Virus record (IMG/VR): IMGVR_UViG_3300009008_000004
Coordinates: 82,004 to 146,003 of that record
DNA from: a virus
Taxonomy: Duplodnaviria; Heunggongvirae; Uroviricota; Caudoviricetes
Strand: one strand, 5' to 3'
Length of the DNA stretch: 64,000 nt
Shown: in pieces, positions 18,501-23,568 of the stretch
How positions within the stretch are numbered: the first letter of the stretch is position 1
How the letters are laid out: every line of letters begins with the position of its first letter
Made by a program: the position numbers and the translations under genes
Notes under the pieces: generated by a model
What the model saw: the letters and a program-made list of their open reading frames with translations, nothing else
Told to the model about the DNA's origin: nothing
The model's database searches: none

Positions 18501-18789
18501 TAAGAGTGGGGAGGCCCACTATCTTTGCCTTTGGTACCCGATCGATAGTTTTCCCAGTAGCCTTATCTACAAGAGAAAAATCCCCGTGCACGCCAACAGA
18601 CCAGGTACGCCCGTTACGCCTTGCCGTTTCCTGGCTTTTGATGTCGTCAACCGACTTGGGGTCGGAGACCAATACACTGTTTAGCTTCAAGACGTGTTTC
18701 TTGCCTACAAGCGGGAAGAAGCTCTTTATCTTGTCGGCTACTTTCTGCTGAAGGTTATCAGTAAGAGTCTGCGGATTAAGGACAAGCAT
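12541..18789 (-). CDS. rpoBC: Single-chain fused beta-beta' DNA-directed RNA polymerase
   Basis: beta motifs: TPEG, FEDGLL, GDKLAGRHGNKGV, NPLGVPGRMN, QRVGELG. beta' motifs: KRDPVLH, YNADFDGDQ (14547-14527), CxxxxGLCxxCYG, SIGEPATQLAMRVFH. Start revised to 18789 because the ATG at 18825 overlaps the -10 box. Confidence 0.95.
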   Translation of the reverse strand: MLVLNPQTLTDNLQQKVADKIKSFFPLVGKKHVLKLNSVLVSDPKSVDDIKSQETARRNGRTWSVGVHGDFSLVDKATGKTIDRVPKAKIVGLPTLTRRYSFIIDGKEYQTDHVWRLKSGVYSRIAATGEPEIMFNLKKGFNQRGFRLILDPNKKNFSFKYASAKVPLYPVLSALGVSDGAMEKAWGKDLFNAAKTSPRDKQAALRKLLTSLKDPVPATEAGVIDAVRSRFADTELRPDSTALTLGKPYATVNAEPLLKASTNLLEIHQGKREPDNRDALPFKDLLGIEDLLPDRLDRARNRVARKMKNNLDRKDKVREIFASDIFSGPLLSFFRESSVANQTPQTNPVSMLSRYLGTTLLGADVGAIGSAFGVTADAKAADPTQLGVLDPVHTPEGDRAGISLKLTTDARRKDGAVTIPAYNTKTKKLELVTPLQLAQAVVSFPDQYRKEKGGWVPVTKKVSAQTPEDLKAVVDPAKVDYVLPSATTMFSPMTNLVPFLQNDDGTRVEMAVRHMEQALPLKNREPPLIQTHSRSLDEPGRTHERAWAAFAAHSSPVSGKVTRITKDGITVTGKDGKRHTVQLYDNFPLNELQAYLSSEPAVAVGDTVKTGEIIADTNFTKDGTLALGTNLRVGYLPYKGLVFEDGLLISESASKKLTSVHMHKPSIFMDRDYVLNKKKFTTLFPEAMSTENRGKLDDDGVIKVGEVVEPGDTVVAAAKKAPMTPEKALMKGIHRSLVREYTDRSVVWDKGVRGEVVDVVRRGKYIEVHVRADFPAQPGDKLAGRHGNKGVVALVLPDDEMPRDKEGNAVDIVMNPLGVPGRMNAGQVLETSLSHVAIHEGSPLAVRNFQADRSTRIIKVKGHWRTVKTSAKGTKKVWIEPYEYERDYRSIVDDMLDARGLSEEAELFDDNGKALGKQLVGHQYIIKLNHQAEKKAAARSWGPGYEYTINMEPKGGGKHGAQRVGELGLFAMLAHGAVNNIREMQTIKSDQSQDDIWTAVQLGHPLPRPQVPFAFEKFLAYLKVLGLDVEREGDVLTVLPFTDKQVKQLSNGELKDPGKILRAKDLRPEAGGLFDEKITGGVGGKHFSHFALAEAFPNPLFERPIMALLGLKHDTFSKLVSGELGMDKDGNVVPAEEATRIGPRATLGRALKELDIPTELRKAEKSLEGAKDSNRNQLNRKVKYLRALKRADNSADVYMQGNVLVLPPNLRPITVLDDGNLNRGDLNQLYKELSLSNSRLAEMPPETPDEELAKLRAEVYGGITALAGLVGPDRERLDIPKGILDIIAGKSPKTGYFMEQLVKRKQDMSARGVIVPDQELQLDEVGMPEATAMELFRPFVMQHLVRGGMRPLQAKDIILNRRPEARIALDAVLKERPVLMKRDPVLHKYGIMAFNVRIKGDKEIHIHPLVCSGYNADFDGDQVSLFVPVSQAAVKEAYDMLPSRNLLSAATGQPMFVPDKEGLVGLYLLSRMKGTTSKKYASADALLKAAENREVRWDVGVKVGGTATTAGRELLKKKIPAKLHKHLGTGKEWAFHKQSLRAILKDVAQKTPQEYPQFAQTLKDLGFGHAHKIGFSFNLDAFKVLDKIRDKTLKEVEPKVAAIKKQAKLPRAERDAKIVDLYTKASAKMQKEALASLEKDDNPLWIMSRAGVKPNWEQIKQIVLARMMVSDAAGKPIPAAITGSYGSGLSLHDYWLSSGGIRRGIISKTQEVQDPGAITKQVVKTTMGITLTENDCKTSKGMHVPVTDLSVLDRTLANNVKVRGETLRAGSTITPDTVAKLRQAKVSKILVRSPLKCQAKKGLCQKCYGLDPSGNPAPIGENVGVIASQSIGEPATQLAMRVFHTGGAATGGAGLVDGIERLKQVLQMPQKLKGSAILSKNAGVVNSISKSPVGGWDVKVGSEQHHVPASRKLKVTKGTRIPKGGALSSGPINPRELLGLTNVSTVQNYLVDELGKLYDPEKIRHRHLEVIVRALTDVAEVRESGDHPDYLPGDIVPVRAIQSWNSENGKKDTVKYTPVLRGTNILPFHLHDDWLTQLNYKHLRDVLKQAGSQQGISHLHGEHPIPGIVYGAEFGKGEKGTY

Positions 18790-18823
18790 TTTTTTCGCAC
18801 CCCATGACGGCACTTTCCGCTCC

Positions 18824-18853
18824 ATGATATTGGATGGGGGGTAGTAGCGTCAA
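18824..18853 (-). promoter_or_regulatory. sigma70-type promoter TTGACG-N18-TATCAT for the RNAP gene
   Basis: -35 at 18853-18848, -10 at 18829-18824. Same N18 spacing as the 3518 and 23315 promoters. Confidence 0.6.
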
Positions 18854-18867
18854 CCTCTTTACTCTAA

Positions 18868-18877
18868 CTGGTATAAG
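18868..18877 (+). promoter_or_regulatory. CTGnTATAAG promoter-like element, copy 1
   Basis: CTGGTATAAG upstream of the plus-strand small ORFs. Same pattern as 23349-23358. Confidence 0.5.
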
Positions 18878-18932
18878 GGAAATGTAAGGAGCGGATACCC
18901 CGCATACTCTAACACGGAGGAAGGAGCATGAG

Positions 18933-19046
18933 ATGGTAGACAGCCACGACGGAGGGACAACCTCCCTCGACCACTTCGCCGACGGATTGGCCGTTGACGA
19001 AGACGAAGACCTTGGAGATTGGGTTGACGAAGAGGACGACGAGTAA
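18933..19046 (+). CDS. 37-aa ultra-acidic peptide (below the ORF-track cutoff)
   Basis: MVDSHDGGTTSLDHFADGLAVDEDEDLGDWVDEEDDE: 16 D/E and no K/R. AAGGAG SD 6 nt upstream. Confidence 0.65.
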   Translation: MVDSHDGGTTSLDHFADGLAVDEDEDLGDWVDEEDDE

Positions 19047-19052
19047 CACCCA

Positions 19053-19151
19053 ATGGCGCTGGGGCTATTCCTCGCCGGCCATTTCCTGATTGGTGTCGGT
19101 GTAGAACTAATCTATGAGGCGAAAGATCTCCTCGTAGAAAAAGCCCTATGA
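19053..19151 (+). CDS. 32-aa hydrophobic peptide
   Basis: MALGLFLAGHFLIGVGVELIYEAKDLLVEKAL. Starts 6 nt after the acidic peptide's stop. Weak SD. Confidence 0.4.
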   Translation: MALGLFLAGHFLIGVGVELIYEAKDLLVEKAL

Positions 19152-19173
19152 AGGACCGAAAGCAAATACAACT

Positions 19174-19188
19174 GAAGGGTGTCCCTTC
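19174..19188. terminator. Hairpin GAAGGG-TGT-CCCTTC
   Basis: Perfect 6-bp inverted repeat between convergent transcription units. Confidence 0.4.
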
Positions 19189-19215
19189 GTAAAAGGTACT
19201 TCGTGCGAAAATGTT

Positions 19216-19245
19216 GGGGCCCGGCGCATAGCGCGTTTGGGCCCC
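19216..19245. terminator. Probable bidirectional intrinsic terminator after the portal gene
   Basis: GGGGCCC...GGGCCCC stem with an inner GCGC-ATA-GCGC stem. Flanked by TATTTT (+) and AACATTTT (-). Begins 5 nt past the portal stop. Confidence 0.65.
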
Positions 19246-19249
19246 TATT

Positions 19250-21181
19250 TTACTTCTTACTTGTTAGGGGAGGGGGACCACCGCTGAATTGGTCAACCTG
19301 CATTCTATTTACTTCATCGAGAATTGCAGGGTAAAGGCTTGGAACCTGCTTCTGCAGCTTAATAAGCGCTTTCGGGCGTTGGAAGGAATCCAGAGCAAAT
19401 AGGCTACGGGCAGCCTGCCTTGCCAGGAGTTCAGTCTCCGGGCCGGTAGGGGGCTGAACCTGCGGAGCTTCCGGAGCTGCTGGAGGCATAGCCATATCTT
19501 CTGGACGCGCACCTAATGCCTGCATTTGCTCAGGAGGCAGGCTACCGGGCTGCTGGGGAGCGCCCTGCGGTGCCTGTCCCGGAGGGGCCTGGCCGGGGGG
19601 CACCTGCCCTGGAGGAGGCGGAGGCATCGATTCCTGCATAGCCTTCTGCTGCTCTCCCTGATATTTAGCTGAGATAATTCCAGCCTCTCCGTTGATCTCC
19701 GCGCCGTCGGTAGCGGTCTTCTCGTTGATCTTCCGCATGATATCCAGATCGTTGAAAATCTTCTGCTGTTCCGTATTGAAGTCGAGGTCCCTGGATTCCA
19801 GCAGAGTCTCGGGGCTGATGAGCTTACGGTCGTAAAGCTGGAGGTCATATGCGGCTTTCTGCAATTCGTCTGCCATGCGGAAGGGCTTCTGCCGCACCTC
19901 ACACAGAGGAATGCCGAAAGCATTAGCAATGTCCCTAACGATGAACTTGATCATATGGTGGACATCCTCCCTCATACGGAGGAAAGAGTTCTCCATTGTC
20001 CGCATCGAAACGCTTGACCCACTCCAGCGCAACCCGCCAAAGACAAACTCAGAGGGGACGCCGAGACCCGCGAGAATCTGCTCCTGCAGAACCTTAATCT
20101 CGTTATGGAGCAGAAGCATTTTACCTTGCCCACCAACAACCTGGTGCCCCACCGGATACGGCATTACGGGCATGTAGTTAGGGTCCTTCCTCCAGGTAGT
20201 AATCTCAGACTTTACGTGGTCCTGCCAGTCGAGCAGGTTATACGTGGTATAGGGATCCGCTTTCGGGTCGGAGGTCTGCGGGAAGAAGATACGCATCGGT
20301 ACAATGTGCTCGAGGGCAATCGCTTCCTGCGCTTTCAGCAGAATCCTGTAGTAGAACGCGGTCTTCATTACCGGGGTAATCAGGGGGAGACCCCAGCCGG
20401 CATCATGCCTTGAAATGGATGTTCTACGCAGATGGAATATTGTTCCCGGGCGGAAAACCAGCTTCTTGCCCTTGGCAACAGCGTTGATGAACGCTTGCGG
20501 AATAGTCTGCAGGGTATCCTTCCGACCAACCAGAATAGCGTTCGAGATGGCAGGGGGGATCGTGTACACGTAGATTGTACGCCCAGTTGCGGGGTTATGC
20601 TCAATCTCCATGTAGTTCGGGTTGATCCTGAGGACTCGCAGGTCCTTCAAAGATTTGATGTACTGGTCCTGAACCTTGGCGTACCCACTGTAAGTACACT
20701 TGGGGCAGGTATACATGAACTGGTAAGAACTCCAGGTGTAGTCTGTAGACTCTACCGGAACAGAGTGCCCACATTCCCGGCACACCAACATCTTCCGTAG
20801 TGGGTGGTGGACGTATACAAAAGAGTTCCCGTAGGTATGGTAGTCCATCAGGACCTCTACGAGGAATGCACGAATCTGGAATACTTCCTCAAAGATGTAC
20901 TTGTAGGTGTCGTTTACCCACTCGTTCTCACTCAGATACGCAAGATCCGTAATGGGGTACGCCGAGAGCTTGGCTATCGCTGCATGGATAAGTGGGTCCA
21001 TGACCGCGAAATACTCGCACCATTTGAATTGCGATTTTACGGTACGCGGGAGGTACAGGTTGGAGACATCCGCAAACACATTGGCGTACGGAGCGTAATC
21101 AGTGCTTCCTGCACGAGATCCGTAACCACTGAATCTCCCGCTTGAGCCCGACGCTACATCGTATGGGTTGCTCCCAAACAT
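19250..21181 (-). CDS. Portal protein with Zn-ribbon insertion and Pro/Gln-rich tail
   Basis: 643 aa. Portal-like pattern (IHAAIAKLSAYPIT, DYHTYGNSFV, IFHL...GWGLP, ILAGLGVPSEFV). CRECG...CPKC insert. Located in the head module. Confidence 0.8.
   Translation of the reverse strand: MFGSNPYDVASGSSGRFSGYGSRAGSTDYAPYANVFADVSNLYLPRTVKSQFKWCEYFAVMDPLIHAAIAKLSAYPITDLAYLSENEWVNDTYKYIFEEVFQIRAFLVEVLMDYHTYGNSFVYVHHPLRKMLVCRECGHSVPVESTDYTWSSYQFMYTCPKCTYSGYAKVQDQYIKSLKDLRVLRINPNYMEIEHNPATGRTIYVYTIPPAISNAILVGRKDTLQTIPQAFINAVAKGKKLVFRPGTIFHLRRTSISRHDAGWGLPLITPVMKTAFYYRILLKAQEAIALEHIVPMRIFFPQTSDPKADPYTTYNLLDWQDHVKSEITTWRKDPNYMPVMPYPVGHQVVGGQGKMLLLHNEIKVLQEQILAGLGVPSEFVFGGLRWSGSSVSMRTMENSFLRMREDVHHMIKFIVRDIANAFGIPLCEVRQKPFRMADELQKAAYDLQLYDRKLISPETLLESRDLDFNTEQQKIFNDLDIMRKINEKTATDGAEINGEAGIISAKYQGEQQKAMQESMPPPPPGQVPPGQAPPGQAPQGAPQQPGSLPPEQMQALGARPEDMAMPPAAPEAPQVQPPTGPETELLARQAARSLFALDSFQRPKALIKLQKQVPSLYPAILDEVNRMQVDQFSGGPPPLTSKK
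19545..19630 (-). repeat. PPGQ-type coding repeats in the portal C-terminus
   Basis: PPPPPGQVPPGQAPPGQAPQGAPQQPG. Confidence 0.8.
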
Positions 21182-21189
21182 CTACACTC

Positions 21190-21723
21190 CTATGTCTTCT
21201 TCGAGATCAAACGTCCCAGGGCAGCTCCCGCTGCTTCCCCGCCGGACCATGTCGCCAGGGAGGGAAGGAATTTCATTCGTGCGCTCGCCAACCAGCCCAG
21301 GGAACCACCCAACATACGTCCGACGTGTTGGCCTTTCTGGCCCTTCTTCGCACGCGCAGCAGCACGAGCCGCTTCTAAAGCCTGTCCTACAAAGAAAATC
21401 CGTCCAAGGCTCGGAGCCGCAGCAGAAGGAACACCCTTCTTGTAAGCAAGCCGGGGAAACCACTTCCCCTTGCGAGTCGCAATCCCCTTGATTTCTTTCG
21501 AGGGACCCAAGGCTGTCCAACTCTTCTTTGCAGCCTCTCCGGGATTCTTGGCATATGCCCGCACTACCTGGGGTATGGTGTGCTGCTTGAGATTTCCGGG
21601 GAGTACCCTTTTACCATGATGCTTCGGCTTTCTGGAGTAGAATCCTTCGAATTGCCCTCGAAAGGGGTTCCACCCAGCGTGCTTAGCGAGCAGCGATCTT
21701 GTTCGCGAGAGCGAGATGCTCAT
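21190..21723 (-). CDS. Basic protein with C-terminal glycine zipper (start revised to 21723)
   Basis: 177 aa from MSISLSRTRSLLAKHAG. GAGG SD 7 nt upstream. GGSLGWLA...GGEAAGAALG tail. Confidence 0.65.
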   Translation of the reverse strand: MSISLSRTRSLLAKHAGWNPFRGQFEGFYSRKPKHHGKRVLPGNLKQHTIPQVVRAYAKNPGEAAKKSWTALGPSKEIKGIATRKGKWFPRLAYKKGVPSAAAPSLGRIFFVGQALEAARAAARAKKGQKGQHVGRMLGGSLGWLASARMKFLPSLATWSGGEAAGAALGRLISKKT

Positions 21724-22315
21724 CTTGCAGCCTCTTATATTCAAGCAGGTAATTCTGCAAATCCCGGTGCCGAAGTACCTGCGCAGCGAGGACAGCATCC
21801 TTTGGCAAGGACCGGTCTGTCCCGTTCAAAATCTTTTCCATCTTATCATATAAGTCCCGAGATACCACCTTCCGTATGCGTCTACCCAGGAAACGCAATT
21901 GCTTTGGTGGATTAGTGAAACCTTCTGCCAACAATATTCCACCGAGATATTTTTCAACATCGGAGGAGTAAGGGTGCGCCCGCAGCTGCTGCATAACGTG
22001 CACCCCATGAGTAGCCGCAGCTACAGAAGGTTTTTGTAAAACACCGAATTGTGGTGCTACAAAACTAAAAGGAAGTACTACCTTCTCGAATACATACCAA
22101 TCATCATAAGGTGCCTTGCTGGTATGTACTGTCCTACATGCATTGATCTTCGATTTATTGAGTAAGCTTGGTTCCTGAGAAAAGCGGGAGCGCAGTTCCT
22201 GCCAAATAGTTTCAGGCTCCCACCCAAGATACTCAGGCCCAAATTCCCGAAGACAGAGGACATGTAGGGCGATTGGGTGTGTTAGCGGAGACGTAAGGAA
22301 AGTAGCCGAGTTCAT
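21683..22315 (-). CDS. Hypothetical head-module protein
   Basis: 210-aa clean, globular-looking ORF in the operon between the EKxA-array gene and the portal. Confidence 0.7.
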   Translation of the reverse strand: MNSATFLTSPLTHPIALHVLCLREFGPEYLGWEPETIWQELRSRFSQEPSLLNKSKINACRTVHTSKAPYDDWYVFEKVVLPFSFVAPQFGVLQKPSVAAATHGVHVMQQLRAHPYSSDVEKYLGGILLAEGFTNPPKQLRFLGRRIRKVVSRDLYDKMEKILNGTDRSLPKDAVLAAQVLRHRDLQNYLLEYKRLQDEHLALANKIAAR

Positions 22316-22318
22316 GCA

Positions 22319-23257
22319 TTAACACTTCTTCGCTATTTTTGCGAGCGAGACCTGGGTGTCTTTGGGAAGGCTGTTGAATACCGCAACAGGAGCTTCCTTG
22401 AACTGGTTTACAAACGAAGCCGGGAACTGCTCTGCGAAAGCATCAGAACCCGCCAACTTTTCGATATCGAGATCGGTAACTACGAGGGACCCGAGATGGA
22501 ACACCTTACTGGCAACCTTAGCTATCTCAGCCAGCTTTTCCACACCCTGAGCACCGAACACGGTAGTTACCGGATCGGGGATACCGCTCCCCCAATGCTG
22601 GAACATGCCGCTCTCCTGGTCCAGGTGATTGACAAAGGCAAGAAGGGCCGGTGGGGACATCGCGATCTTCTCAAGCTGCTCAAAAGCCCACTCGCGTGTA
22701 TGCGTATCCATATAAGGACCGCGCATCTGCATACCGCGGGCGAAGGAGTCGGGGTCTACCGGGGTGGTAGCCGCTACCTTCTCCAGAGGAGCATCGAAGT
22801 CTGCTTCTACCTCTTCTTCGTACCCACTGTATGCTTCTTCTTCCCGCTGCTGCTGAATCGCATGGGCAACCTTCTCGAAGCCCTCGGGGGCGGCTGCCCT
22901 TACATCTTCCCCCGCCGCCAGCTGGTGGAGTTCTTCGGGAGCCCGCAGACCGTATGTCTCGCAAGCATCCTCCAGGCGACGAGCAGCCAGTTTGCGCAGA
23001 GGCTCGGGAAGATTGTGGCCGGTACGAGTGAAGTACATCGTACTCAACCAGACATTTCCGCGGTCCACCATGGCGAACTTACGCATGGAATGCATCCCAT
23101 CAGCGTAGGTCAGTGCCCAGTGATCTGAAGGAAGTTCTTCCGTAGGAGCCTGAGCTTCTTTTACAAAAGGTGGCAAGACTTCGGGGTTGGGGAACAGTTC
23201 CCGTACAAGTGCGCCACCATCATCAGTTAGATCGTAACAAGCAAAACGCCAATCCAT
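22319..23257 (-). CDS. Head-module protein with an array of EKxA motifs (scaffold/core candidate)
   Basis: 312 aa. GGGAGG SD. EKVA x2, EKIA, EKLA x2, plus KVA, KIA, KLA and KFA. First gene after a perfect TTGACA promoter. Confidence 0.75.
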   Translation of the reverse strand: MDWRFACYDLTDDGGALVRELFPNPEVLPPFVKEAQAPTEELPSDHWALTYADGMHSMRKFAMVDRGNVWLSTMYFTRTGHNLPEPLRKLAARRLEDACETYGLRAPEELHQLAAGEDVRAAAPEGFEKVAHAIQQQREEEAYSGYEEEVEADFDAPLEKVAATTPVDPDSFARGMQMRGPYMDTHTREWAFEQLEKIAMSPPALLAFVNHLDQESGMFQHWGSGIPDPVTTVFGAQGVEKLAEIAKVASKVFHLGSLVVTDLDIEKLAGSDAFAEQFPASFVNQFKEAPVAVFNSLPKDTQVSLAKIAKKC

Positions 23258-23285
23258 AGGTTTCCTCCCAGCAGATACCGTAACA

Positions 23286-23315
23286 ATACTATTTGTGTGC
23301 CCGTTCCTCTGTCAA
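23286..23315 (-). promoter_or_regulatory. sigma70-type promoter TTGACA-N18-TAGTAT
   Basis: -35 at 23315-23310, -10 at 23291-23286, in the divergent intergenic region. Confidence 0.7.
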
Positions 23316-23348
23316 GCAGGATGTTGCCCCGGAAAGCATTGAAGGAAG

Positions 23349-23358
23349 CTGTTATAAG
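23349..23358 (+). promoter_or_regulatory. CTGnTATAAG promoter-like element, copy 2
   Basis: CTGTTATAAG 42 nt before the first ATG of the replication operon. No -35 at 17-18 nt. Confidence 0.55.
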
Positions 23359-23400
23359 ACGTGTGCGAAAACTACCCCTAACAAAAGAGGAGGCCAAGCG

Positions 23401-23568
23401 ATGGCCAAAAAAGAAAGTGTTATTCGTGTTGCGCTGGCAGCGCTCGAAGGAGGATTGAAGGAGGTAAAGAAAATACTTGAAACTCCAGAGGAACCGGGTG
23501 ATACTGAAGAACAGCCCGAAACGGGCACTGTGCAAAGTATGAGTGAAGAGGACGGAGAGAGTGAGTAA
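23401..23568 (+). CDS. Small protein, amphipathic helix plus acidic tail
   Basis: 55 aa from ATG 23401, GAGGAGG SD. MAKKESVIRVALAALEGG...SEEDGESE. Confidence 0.7.
   Translation: MAKKESVIRVALAALEGGLKEVKKILETPEEPGDTEEQPETGTVQSMSEEDGESE

Noticed and set aside
12664-18751. Many plus-strand ORFs over the RNAP (e.g. 16432-17292, 17519-18286)
   Set aside because: They are shadows of a long GC-rich coding strand and have no independent signals.
18790-18825. ORF-track start of the RNAP at 18825
   Set aside because: That ATG overlaps the predicted -10 box and lacks an SD. ATG 18789 has GGGGTG 8 nt upstream.
19148-19192. 14-codon ORF MKDRKQIQLKGVPS
   Set aside because: It is too short, has no SD, and overlaps a hairpin.
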